Source: Felis catus
Lineage: Eukaryota
Reading direction: 5' to 3'
Length of the DNA stretch: 64,000 nucleotides
Assembly (NCBI RefSeq): GCF_018350175.1
Contig: NC_058368.1
Coordinates: forward strand, 38,380,001 to 38,444,000
Part shown: piece after piece, positions 1-12,252 of the stretch
Layout: each line of letters starts with the position of its first letter
Position numbering within the stretch: position 1 is the stretch's first letter
Made by a program: the position numbers and the translations under genes
The notes under the pieces: model-generated
Told to the model about the DNA's origin: nothing
The model's input: only the letters and a program-made list of their open reading frames with translations
The model's database searches: none

Positions 1-212
1 TGATTTAAAAAGAGCTAACAGAGTACTTTATATAAGTTAAATATTGTTTTAAGTACATAAAAGATCTTTTTGAATCACCACAACTACCTAAGGATATAAG
101 TGCATTTTAGAATCACTCAATACTTCAACAATGCAATGATTACATATTTGATATGAAGGTATTAGCAAACAGATTTAATATGTATTTGAAATTGTCTTTT
201 TGGTGTTCATGT

Positions 213-214
<2 letters not shown>

Positions 215-262
<48 letters not shown>
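215..262. repeat. (AC)24 microsatellite
   Basis: Perfect AC dinucleotide run read directly. Confidence 0.97.
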
Positions 263-264
<2 letters not shown>

Positions 265-2188
265 GTTGCTCCCAGTTTAGGCAATAGAAATTAACAACAA
301 AGCTTAGTGAAATCATTAGTTTGTGCCAGTAAACAATGCCAGTTATGTAACAGTTAATCCGAGGTATTCATGAGGGATAAAGAAAAAACCTTATCAATCC
401 CAGAATTGGTATTCTGGTTTTATTTTTTTCTTTAAATGATCTGTGCCTGAAAAGTAAAAGATTACTTAAATTCAGTGTTCTGCAACAGTTGGATTTTAGT
501 ACACAGTCGTGCAAATTTAGTCAAAGAGAATAAAGCTGACAATTTAGTGGGCATTGGTCCATTACTTCACCCTAAAGTAAGATCCAATGAAACAATGATA
601 AAACTTTAATTCCTCATCTGGTCTAGACTAAACTATATGTTAGGGGGTTTTGTTCATTTTTAGATAAAACATGAGTATAGCAACCTAAAATGCTAATCTC
701 AGAATATTTTGGATAATTCAAATTCATGTGGAGGTTTCAGTGAAGTATGAAGAGAAAACAAGTCAAATTTGTGTCAAGATTTACTTGGATAGTAGAGTTT
801 TGAAAAATTAATTTAAAATGTTGATCATTAAATGTCTTTTAGCATGGGATTTGGGCTTTGGCAGGATTCCATAATCACATATAGCTTGTAACAAAACATG
901 CATTTGAAGAAATCTGGTGGAAAACTGTTAACAATAACTTCACAGCAGTCTGTATCAAGTAGTTTTAGTTTGGCAACATCATACAGGGAGATACTTCTTG
1001 CCAAAAGATCCTTTGCTGAGGTACTTATGGGGAAAGACAGTGTACTCGCAGCGTGCAAATTTCAGTTTTGATAATAAACTCCACACATGTACTGTATGTG
1101 GTCTTTGTGGGCATCCGAATACATACTCGCCAGAATTTGCCAAGTGTATTTGGAAAGCTCTAAAATATTTATTTTAAAGGGGAAATTCTTGTCTTATCAA
1201 CATTTATTAATGCTGTCTGAAGTTAAACATTGATTGAGAATATTTGGACAAAAGAAAATACCAACAGGATGGAAGGGTACTGATACATGTAGCTGCCAAG
1301 AGAAGATTAAATCAGAAAGAGAATAATTAGAGAGTGGGAGTGTTGAGATTTATCATGAAGCTACATCTCAAATCATTTAGACACATGAAGTCAATGCATA
1401 AAAACAGAATCCCCTGAAGGATTTTTTTATGGTTGTTGTATAAAGAAATAGTCTCAGAGTCCAACTCAGAGTAAGATCCAGAAATTGCTGCAAAGATCCA
1501 GTTAAGAAATTGTTGGAAAATGTAGGACAGAAGTAAATATAATAGGGATAGCTAGGCAAGAAAGAAAAAGAGGGAAGTTGACTCTTTGACCCAGCTACTC
1601 TTTGACCCAGATGAATATGACAATTCTATAATGGAGATAAATTTAAACTCTAACCTGAAAAAAAATATGTTTTTACAATGAATATCCAGAATTGCTTTAT
1701 GCTGTAGGATTAGAAGAGGAGACAGCATACATTAGTTACTTGGTTTCTAGGGTTACTTTCCTCATTATTCCAAAATAAATTTAAAAGCTAACGTGTAAGA
1801 TATGGATAATTGATTTTGTACTATACTCTGAACACATCCAACAGAAGATTCAGAAAATATACCATGATGCACTGCATGTCCCTATTAGTCATGTTATGCA
1901 GTCTTTTGTAGAGGTATATTTTGACCTCTTTTATGCAAATGGCAATGCAGCAGTAAGGAAAATCAATTTAAACTTTAAAGAAATAAATAATCTTAAGGGA
2001 AAGATTTCAGTGAAGAAATCTTTCTCATTCATGAAGAAATGGATGAAAGCAATGTTTATGGGATCATGTCTCCATTCATAACTACTAAATTATTCATATA
2101 ATGGTGATTAATAATCGAAGACCTTCAGATTATGGTAAAAAAGTTTCAATGTTATATATGCAAATTTATAAAGTTTTTTTGCGCTTAC

Positions 2189-2234
2189 CTACATCGTCTT
2201 TGGTAGAAATTATATAAGTAGAGAATCTAACAAA
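2189..2234 (-). other. Candidate 46-nt exon (unverified)
   Basis: Minus strand: ctaat...ttttattttccag|TTTGTTAGA...GACGATGTAG|gtaagc. One open frame (FVRFSTYIISTKDDV), not a protein I recognise. Confidence 0.15.
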
Positions 2235-3054
2235 CTGGAAAATAAAACCTATTAGACTTGAGAGCCAAAGGATATTTTACTAGTAGCCTGTACTGTCACT
2301 TGAGTGGAATTTAACGTGTCCCACTGCATTTAAACATCTCCATACCATCATGTTATTGTGCTCTCGTATAAGGCTATAAAAATCATATAGAACTTCAGTT
2401 TGTAAGGTCATCACTGAAGTTTAGTTTCTTTATAATCTTTTGAACGCCTTTCCACAAATGCCCCTGCCGTTGTGTACCTTTGAGACAAATCCTTGAAAAC
2501 TTCACACCAGACTTCTGCTACTAAGTCACTTCTCCAAGAATAGATTTTTTTTTAAGCCGTGACACACGCAGAGAAGATTAATAGGTGCGTGACTGCTCTA
2601 GTCAGAGTCACCTGACTATCCATACCTTGGTCTAGTCCCACTGAGCTACTCAAGATGTAGTTTCACACTTTCAGTACATATTATCGATCAAAGGCACACC
2701 ACTAAGATTAGAAATCTGCTATGCTGATATTGTAAAAACCACACAAGACTGTAACTCGACCCAAGATACTTTTATTATCACCTAATATACTCCTGCTCTA
2801 GCAGTTTCATATATTTGAGTAAACTTCCCTCTTTCCCCCACTACAAAAATACAACAATACCAGTTATTGTGATATGTTTGGTATTTGAAGCATTTTACAA
2901 TTATAATCTTCACAATCACCCACGTGAGGAAACTCAGGTCTTTCTCACATCAGATCAAATAGCCCCTTTTCACTGTCTCCAGAGCAAAACACTGTAAAAA
3001 TCCTACTCTCCCCTTATTGGCTTCGGTGCCCAGGGTAATGTTTCACACACACAC

Positions 3055-3057
<3 letters not shown>

Positions 3058-3091
<34 letters not shown>
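3058..3091 (+). repeat. A34 homopolymer with A-rich continuation
   Basis: 34 consecutive A, then ttaaaattaaaaaattaaaaa. Confidence 0.95.
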
Positions 3092-3093
<2 letters not shown>

Positions 3094-4162
3094 AAAATTA
3101 AAAAATTAAAAATTTTAAAAACATTTCTTTAAAAAATAAAATACCATATGAATGTTTTACTCAGTCTATACTGATATGGTAGAGAAAAATATAGTAGATC
3201 AGATGGAGGGAATTTAGATTCTCAACAGCTCAGCTGCTTGATCTGCGAGACGCAAATTATTAACATTGATTTGACGGTGCTCTTTTGATTGCTTTTATGA
3301 AAACGTGGTCTGGGCTTTAGAATTTTTTTTTGTAATTTTTGTTAAACTTCTTCACTCATTTGTGGTATACTGTTCATTAATAACCCAAAGAACCAGCTAG
3401 TTATTTTTAAAAGCTAAATTTAAAAACAAATGGCTGTAGACATAAAAACCCCTAAATGCAAACTGATCATGAACCATTAGATGCGGATTTTTAATCACCA
3501 CTGTAATTATTATTAGTCTTCTACAGACTAAGTAGAGTTCATTAAGACCATCTCTTTTTCTGTCCTATAATATTTCAAAAGTATCTATTATTGAAGTCAT
3601 CATTGCCAACTTCAGGTCCCAGGCAATATGAGCGAATTTTTGTCACTATAATTGCTATTGCTTTCATCTCTTTGTCCCAATGAACACAACACCAAAACTT
3701 AGCTTTCGATCAAAACTTAACTAGTTGCCTCACAAAGAAAATCAGAACAGAATGTTCCAGCATTGAATTTCCAGCATTGAAAAAATTTAGTACCTAAGAA
3801 CATTTTAGTAATACTGTACTCATTTTAAAAAGCTATAATGGTTACATAACTAGGCACCAGTGCAAACTTTATTTTTTTGCCTTTCATTTGGTAACAAATA
3901 ATTTTCGTATTATTGGCAATTTTCCCATAGTTACCGCTTTTAATACCAACATGGGATTTCATCATGTGGAACAATAACTTATTTAACCATTCCTACCCTT
4001 AAAGTTAAATACTTCAATATAATAATATCATGATCATTAGTGTGATTTTTATTTTTTAGGTATTTATTCTGTTATAGAACAATACACATAAATATTAAGT
4101 AAACAGGTGTGGTTGTTGTTACAGCTCTGGCTACTTATAAGGCAGACATTTACATACTTCAT

Positions 4163-4310
4163 TTTTTCATTTACACATTCATTGTTGAGTGCTAACTATC
4201 TGAGGGTGCTATTCTTGGTGCTGGTAAAATAAAGGTGAATAATATATGCGCTCCGAATTCACAGAGGTTCTTCTAGCAAGGGTAGGCAAATCCGTAAACA
4301 AATATGCAGG
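4163..4310 (-). mobile_element. L2 3' end fragment
   Basis: ttcatttacacattcattgttgagtgctaactat...ggtgctggt...ggtgaataa resembles the reverse complement of the L2 3' terminus. Confidence 0.6.
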
Positions 4311-6512
4311 AGATGGTCTGAAAATCTTACATTGCAATTCAGCCCTAATATTTCCTCAAGGATAAATGTAGAATGGGGAGGATGCATTCACTGTGGCATG
4401 ATTACGCCTTTCCAAACACTTTTAAAGCACAACAAACACCCTGATCTAAAATGTTTCATTTTATTGTCACCTCCCCTTAAATTATGTGTATCTTGTGCCT
4501 TGGCACATACAATACATTGGCTTAGTGACACAATATAGCAATGTCTATCTTACAACTACATGGTGAATATAATTTCCTATTTGCCCTTCCACATCATATT
4601 TTATAAGCACATTCATGTTACTTTTTATTTCTCAGTTTTCCATCAAAATATATGCGTCCTCGCTCCTAATTTAGCAGCACAGCATGGAATTTTTTTAGGC
4701 TTTTTTGTAACATTTAATTACATGTTACTGTATCTTGAAGTTTAGATTTCCAAGTATTAACACTAACCCTCCCACTTACTTAAAAAAATTGGAAGTCAAT
4801 CTGACACCATATTAAATTAGTTTAAATTATAATTGTAATGCATGTTAAACTATTAGCACCATGTTAAATAACAGCTTGGTTCACACATTGCTGTTGATTT
4901 TCTTTACTAGCTAAAATGGGGTTGCCATTTGTCAATAGTTTAAATGCAGTATGAAAGTCGCTTAGTCCAGAGCTTTGAACACATTACATGCATTATAGTT
5001 TAAAACATTTTCAAGAGACTGGCATAATTTTGAACTTTGTGCATAAAGGGAGATATTCTTAATATTTTACATCAGGATATTTCAGACATGCACAATTACA
5101 CATTACATGGAGCATGCCACAAGCTTTTAGCTTACTCGGGGTAATACTGGAGCTATACCAAAATTACAGGAATTTAAACAAACACAACACCTAGCAAAGG
5201 AGGTAAATTTTAAGAGGGAGATTTAGAGAAGAATAAACTAATGAAAGAGAATCATGAGCAAATGCAAGGGTCTGTTCTTATTAGAAGTGATCACTTAAGA
5301 CAGTAAAATGGCATTTTTACGAACTTGAGTTTAAAAAGTTAGACAAAAATCACACCTTTGTCAAAAGCTACGTTATGTCTATTTTAATGAAATTTGGGGA
5401 CATTTTAAGTCGTAGTACTGCATAGCTTTTCTCCTAAGCTGGCACAATGACAGATACCAGGGGAAATATGGCTGTGTTTTTAAATAGACTCCTAATGTTG
5501 AGTGACCTCTGGTATTGAATGTTCTATGTTTCCTTTCAATGAGAAGGAAGGTTTGTGCATTTTCAAAAACTGACAATTGTCACAAAGGAGCCAAAGAATA
5601 GTTATTCTCTGAACCTTGAAAGTGACTTTTGTGTGGCATGCAGCAAAATAGGGTGAGCATTTACCTTGTGGAACATTTCAGTTTTTCAGGACAAAGCTAT
5701 ATTATTAAGTAGCTAAAAATTTATAAAAATTCAGGGAAGTTTAAATCCATATGCACTCTTGGGAGAGACATTTTATTATAACAAGAAAAATGTGTTGATC
5801 TAGAGTTGAGTGATTAGGTCATTTGTCAAATAGTGTTACTGTTTCTGATAACACTTACAGGTCACATACACTTTTCAAATCTCAATAGAAGTAAGCTTGC
5901 TCAAATGGAACTTACCCACCTGAATTCATGTGATTGATTGTTAGGAGTAATTGAAACATTCTGTAAAACATTTTAAACCATTCCCTTTATGAAGGAAAAA
6001 GTAAGTGTGAAATTAAAAAGTTAAAAAGAAGTGTTTTCACCAAATAGCTGTAATTATAAGGATAGTAATTTATTGCATTTTCATTGTGAGCCAAAGTACT
6101 ACTGGTTTATAACATGGCTATTCTCATTGTCAAAATAATCCTGTGGCATAGGAACTAACATTGGCCCTAGTTGCAGGTAAGGCACACAGGTCAAATAAGG
6201 CTATAAAAGTTGTCCAAACTCTTGCCACTGCTTAAAATATGAGAATAGATTTTCATGATTTTGAAGGAATAATTTGTGCGCTATAAAAATTAACGTAAAA
6301 TAAGCTTAAACCACTCTTTATTAGCTTTCTCAGTGTTTTTAAAAAGTCTCTCACTATCCAAAAAGAGCATTCTTTTTAAGTCATTACAACCAGAAATATT
6401 AGTTAGATCATTCTTTAGGTGTTATTATTTTCTGTGTCTAAACTGGCAATATTTTAATTTTATGGAATAATTTATTTCCTTTACCATATGTGACTTTAAA
6501 AATATAATGTTT

Positions 6513-6747
6513 GGAAACCCATGGGGGAGGGGAAGGAAAAAAAAAGAGGTTAGAGTGGAAGAGAGCCAAAGCATAAGAGACTCTTAAAAACTGAGAACAA
6601 ACCGAGGGTTGATGGGGGGTGGGAGGGAGGGGAGGGTGGGTGATGGGTATTGAGGAGGGCACCTTTTGGGATGAGCACTGGGTGTTGTATGGAAACCAAT
6701 TTGACAATAAACTTCATTAAAAAAATCACAAAAAAATAAATGAAAAT
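6513..6747 (+). mobile_element. 5'-truncated felid L1, 3' UTR only, with TSD
   Basis: G-rich UTR, gatgagcactgggtgttgtatggaaaccaatttgacaataaa, A-tail. TSD aaaaatataatgttt (6498-6512) / aaaaatatagtgttt (6748-6762). Confidence 0.92.
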
Positions 6748-6799
6748 AAAAATATAGTGTTTATTTCCTTGAACATAATTTTAAAACTCCCTCCTCTTG

Positions 6800-6989
6800 G
6801 GGGCACCTGGGTGGCTCAGTCGGTTAAGCACCTGACCTCAGCTCAGTTCATGATCTCCTGTTCTTGAGTTCCAGCCCTACTGTGCTCACAGCTCAGAACC
6901 TGCTTAGGATTCCGTGTCTCCTCTCTCTGACCCTGCCCTGTTTGCACTCTGCCTCTCTCTCTCAAAAATAAATAAACATTAAAAAAAAA
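6800..6989 (+). mobile_element. Can-SINE
   Basis: Head ggggcacctgggtggctcagtcggttaag, CT tract, aaaataaataaa tail. TSD core tccctcctcttg on both sides. Confidence 0.95.
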
Positions 6990-9068
6990 TCCCTCCTCTT
7001 GAAGAAATAGTTTTCTATGACACCAATGAAAAAAGTGATAGATTGGTAAAATTAATGATAATAATAACAATAAAAAATGTACATCTCATTTACTCATTGG
7101 CATGCACTATGTTAAAAAATATTCAGACATTGTCTAATGACACTTTCTAACAATCCTCAAATGTTTGCAATGTTGCCTAAAATTCACTGGTAAGGGTATT
7201 GAGAGGTTGAGTATCTTAATATTTTACCAAAAACCACACTCAAGTAACCAGATTCTGTAACCCTAGTTTTTGTAATAACCACTATTTTTTCTTACTAAGT
7301 CAATGTTAATTTCCCAAGGGGTTTCCAGTGTTCATTGGATGTAAGTTAGTGTGGTAAATATCTGTCTAAATGACAAACTTAAGAACCCATTTTGAGAGTC
7401 CAAAATTGATTTGTTACTTATTAGGGAACTGGTTCCTAAAAATTATTTTTAAAATTTTAAGTGCTTTATGACTTTTTTAAAACAATATACTTGCAAAATA
7501 AATAGAATAGTTTTCATTTAGTTTTTAATAACTGCTTAAACCTTTGAAAACATTTGAAATAATTTTTATATTTCTTGAGTTATTACTTATAATTTATACT
7601 TCATTTACCTTCCTAATGGAATCAATATTTTACACAAATTTTCCATCATTTGAAGGCAGTAATGGATCTTTGGGACTCTTTTGACACCTAGAATCTACTT
7701 TAGTGATTTTTATCTAACAATTCTAAAATTCTATTTAATTTTGATAGAAAAATTCAACTACTGAAACTGAGTTCCAAAATAGGTGTTTGAAGGTGAATTT
7801 TTAAGGAACTTAATTTATAATATAATAATAAAAAGTAAAGTGTTCAGCTAAGTGTTTCTTTTCAAAAAACAAAGTTTCTGTTTCAAGAAAAAGAGCACAG
7901 ACTAGGTGATTAGTGATTTTTTCAATTAGTGTGGGATAGAGTTGGGAAAGCTAAAAAAAAAAAATAACTGGTTAACATTATTTTGAATCTATACGTTATT
8001 AGTTAAATATATGATCTTACAAAGTGTCACACCATTGCTCAGTCCAATTATTTTTTTTGATAGGTGTCTTGGATGCCAGTAATGAAAAATGGAACCATTT
8101 CCACACTGATATAATGACAATTTGGGGCCAAAGCAGGAACTTGAAATTGGCTCATTTAACAACCAGAATTTGTAATTAGAACTTTTTAACTTAATTAAGG
8201 TAAATTTAGCTTGACAACTTCAAAGGCCAGATCTAAAATATAGGCAATATTTTAAAAAGTCTAATGATGTTAAGATTGACCTGGCACCTCATGAAATATA
8301 AAGAATGCAAGTCACAGATCATAAGAAATTGTCCAAAAGACATTTTTATTATCTTGTGTAGATCAACAGGAGAAATAAAAATTGTATTAAATATTCTGTA
8401 ATTTAGAATGCATTACATTGTTGAAAGGAAGCTTCAGTTAAACTTGCACTTACTATCAAAGAATTAGTTGCACAGTGGAGTTTTAGTGTTAAATCTTGTT
8501 TATTAAATACTAAATATTAAGCAACACAGTGTAATAATGTCTAATGTCTTCCTAATGTTAAATCTTTTGAAAATAAAATAATTACTATACTATGATCCCA
8601 CAGCTTAGTAAATAAACTCTACCTGAGACTTAGCATTGTATCTGAAACATGGATTCATCACCTGTAAAACCTCAGTTTATAAACAACTTAACATCAGGAT
8701 TATGCCATCACATAGCAAGCATATAATCGTTACTTAAATGAATGCATTAGACTAAGACAGATGTGTTACAAAGAAATATTTTTCCAACTATGGTCTTCTA
8801 TCCTGGTTTGTACATTTGGAACCTTATGATAATGTTACAAAATCATCAACATCCAAGCTCTATCTCGAGGGTCTCATGTTTAAATTCTCTGCTATGTGGC
8901 AGTGACACTGAAATAGCACTGAGTGTCAAACCTCAACACGTTTATCACATAATTGGAGACATTCTCAATTCATTTTAAGTATCTTACTCCCTGTATTTTT
9001 TTCTGTTACAATTATGAAATCTACCAGTGCTGTTCATCAAATAGTTTTGGCTTTCTATCTTAGAGATT

Positions 9069-9412
9069 TATGGTGGAATTATACTTCATGCTCCCCCCAC
9101 CCCATGGAGTTTATTTTTAGTCATGTGATTTGCCTTGGCCAACATGTGAGTAGGAGCAAAATATCTAACTTCTGTGCACAAGTGTTAAGAACCAGAGCAC
9201 ATTTTACCCACTTTCTTGTTCCCTATCTTGGTTATTTAGGGATGGCATTTTAACACAGAGCTCTCTTCAGCCCGTGCCTGGAAGTAGGGACTCCCTGAGG
9301 TCACTTATTCAACTTGGAGTATGAGCAACAAAGAAATTTACCTTGGTAAGACTATGAGATCCTGAAGCACTTTATTACTGCAACAAAACCAAAACTACCC
9401 TGATGGATAACA
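9069..9412 (+). mobile_element. MLT1 (MaLR) solo LTR, old subfamily
   Basis: catgtgatttgccttggccaa and a 3' part atgagcaacaaagaaattt...ttattactgcaacaaaacc...ccctgatggataaca match MLT1H-J-type motifs. Confidence 0.65.
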
Positions 9413-9499
9413 CTGTATGAAATCAAACTCATTAAAACAGATAAACAGCAAAGAAACTACTATTTGACAAGAAAGACTTTTCTGTTTGGTTGCCATTAA

Positions 9500-9690
9500 A
9501 AAGAACAAAGATCTTGGAGCTGATCCTCAACTGAACCAGAATCACGAACAGTGTGTAATACCTGCTTATTTAATTAGCCTAATGTAATTGGTACATGCAG
9601 AGTAATGAATTGTACTGAAGTTGATGAAATCACTAAGGTGAAAAAAATACGTTAAAAAACACACTGTCTACAGACCAGAATAGTTTCAAC
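9500..9690 (+). mobile_element. Possible L3/CR1 fragment
   Basis: aaagatcttggagctgatcctcaactgaa...aacagtgtg weakly resembles a CR1 ORF2 segment. Confidence 0.3.
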
Positions 9691-9888
9691 TTGTGTTATT
9701 TTCTTAATACTTGAGTGTTCAATAAGGTCTTATAATCATTCCTTTAATCAAAGCATTTACTTTGCTATGCAAACAAAAGAGTTGCCATGTACACATTTAT
9801 TGCGTATTGTGTGGACTTGAAACAAAAATTTTTTTTTTCTGAAAACTCTCCCTTTAACGCAAGTATACATTCTTAAAAGCAGGTTCAT

Positions 9889-10250
9889 GAACTCAGAAAC
9901 AGAGTAGAATGGTGCTTGCCAGGGTCTGGGGGTTGGGGGAAGTGGGGAGATGTTGGCCAATGAGTACAAACTTCCAATGAGAAGATGAATAAGTTCTGGG
10001 TATCTAATATACAGCAAGGTGACTATAGTTAACAATACTGTTATATATACTTGGAATGCAAAGAGAGTAGATCTTAAATGATCTTACCACGCACACACAC
10101 AAATTGCAATTATGTGAGGTTGATGGATCTATTAAATAACCATATTGTGGTAATGATTTTGCAATGTAAGTGTGTATCAAATAATCATGTTGTATACCTC
10201 CAACCTCTATCATGTTATATGTCGATTATATCTCAATAAAGCTGGGGGGA
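9889..10250 (+). mobile_element. L1MA/L1MB-type 3' UTR
   Basis: agagtagaatggtgcttgccagggtctggg...gatgaataagttctggg...gactatagttaacaatactg...tatatctcaataaagctggg. Confidence 0.88.
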
Positions 10251-11086
10251 GAAGCAGACTTAGTTTTTATTCTATATTTTATTATAAAATTAGTGCTATA
10301 ATTTACTTGGTAATCTTAAAAAACAGTCTTAATTTCTTATTAATGCCCCTGTAGATTAAATATTCCCCCCCATGTGTCTCTAATTTATTCACATTTTATT
10401 AAGATCCTTAATAGCTCATAAATTCTACTTATAAAGGGAATTAAAATAGATACTGCAGGGGAAAAAAGGACAAATTTAAACTATGCAACTTATAATGTTA
10501 AGGAATACATAGTAATGAAATCATTAGGGTCACTGTATCCAGGAAACAATTGGTTTTAAATATATACAGTTATAATATAAAACTATTTGTTTGATATAGC
10601 CTCCTAAAACTATAGTGCTTTTAAAGTGTTCAAAGATAGGTAACTGTTATAGAGATCCCTTTCCAGTGAGATACAAAGGATGAATGACATTTGTTGGAGT
10701 AACAGCCTAACAAGCTTCTACAGATTATAGGCTACGTCCTAGAGACAACAGAAAACTTGTCATTTATCTTATTCTTTTCCCACTAAGCTATGTGACTAGA
10801 TAGCAAGTGTGTTTAAGTGTCTTATTATCAAAATAACTCTGGATTATTTTAATTGATTTGAAAGCGAAGCTAATCAAAGATAGAACAATTTTTACCTGTT
10901 AGTTTAACTTGTGCCTACCCTCTCAAATTATCACACACTGTCAATAAAGAGAATAAGAACTGCTTGCACATAGAACCTTTGAATTTAAGTTGCTTTATTA
11001 CTGTGTGGGCTTTCATAGGCTCAGAAATTCTCTTTCCAGGCCCAAAACACATTTTCTAAATCTCTACTTAATGACTTTCCCTTTGC

Positions 11087-11166
11087 TTTTTGTTTGTTTG
11101 TTTTTTTAAGTTTATTTATTTTGAGAGAAAGAAGCTTAGAGAAAGAGCACAAGCAGGGAGGGACAG

Positions 11167-11222
<56 letters not shown>

Positions 11223-11386
11223 AGATTGAGATTGAGAGAGAGAATGAGAATGAATCCAAGCAGGCTCCGCACCGTCCGTGAAGAGCACAGCCTGATGCAG
11301 GGCTCAAACCCATGAAGCCATGAGATCATGATCTGAGCTGAAATCAAGAGCCCGACGCTTAACCGACTGAGCCACCCAGATGCCCC
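11087..11386 (-). mobile_element. Can-SINE containing (GA)~25 tract (11170-11219)
   Basis: Ends cttaaccgactgagccacccagatgcccc, with T-rich tail on the left. Confidence 0.95.
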
Positions 11387-11719
11387 TTTTTTTACTTTTT
11401 AAACTGAGATTATTCTGATGGCATAAATAACCTGGAATATATAGAGAGTATTCTTTGATTAACGTCTTTCTCCTATATGATCTTTTATTTTTAATACAAA
11501 TAAATTTGGGAAAATTTATTTTTTCCTTCTCTAGGCAGCATACATGAACTAGCTCTGCTGAAAAGTCACTTTCATCACAATTTTTAAAATATATTCAGCA
11601 AAGGAAAAAGAACAAAGATATAAGAATGATTCTGAATAGTGTGAATTTCTGTAGATTTAACTGCTAACTATTACCATAGCTGTGTTCTTATAGGCTCTAT
11701 GTTTAAAAATATTTAGGCA

Positions 11720-11980
11720 GGGTGCCTAGGTGGCTCAGTCAGTTAAATGTCCAACTCTTGATTTTGGCTCAGGTCATAATTTCACCATTATTATGCTGAG
11801 CCCCCTGTGGGGCTCCACACTGGGTATGGAGGCCACTTAGGATTCCCTCTCTCTCTCTCCCTCTCTTTCTCTCAGGATCCCCTCTCTCTCTCTCTCTCCC
11901 TCTCTTTCTCTCTCTCTCTCTCTCTCTCCTTCCCTCCCTCCCTCAAAATAAATAAACTTAAAAATGAATAAATAAATAAA
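11720..11980 (+). mobile_element. Can-SINE with internally duplicated CT tract
   Basis: Head gggtgcctaggtggctcagtcagttaa. The segment ggat(t/c)ccctctct...ctctttctctc occurs twice. TSD core atttaggca. Confidence 0.95.
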
Positions 11981-12054
11981 AACACATTTAGGCATGAGAA
12001 ATCCTTTTTTTTTCCCTTCCTTTTTCAAGTTTTTAAATTCCAGTAAGTTTTCAA

Positions 12055-12252
12055 CCCTGGATGTCTCAGGTGGTTAAGCATCTCACTCTTAATTTCAGTT
12101 CAGGTCATGATCTCACCAACTATGAGATCAAGCCTCAGGTTTAGCTCTGTGCTGACAGTGTGGAGCCTGTCTGGGATTCTCTCTCTCCCTTTCTCTCTGC
12201 CCCTCTCCCACTCATGTACATTCTCTCAAAATAAATAAATCAACTTTAAAAA
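12055..12252 (+). mobile_element. Can-SINE, diverged
   Basis: ggttaagcatctcactcttaatttcagttcaggtcatgatctc...ctctcaaaataaataaa. Confidence 0.9.

Noticed and set aside
828..1058. 76-aa minus-strand ORF in unique sequence
   Set aside because: Non-ATG start, in-frame stop just upstream, no recognisable homology and no convincing splice sites.
2565..2591. Inverted pair of GCGTG (AhR/XRE-like) cores
   Set aside because: Neither matches the full TNGCGTG consensus, and short motifs are expected by chance.
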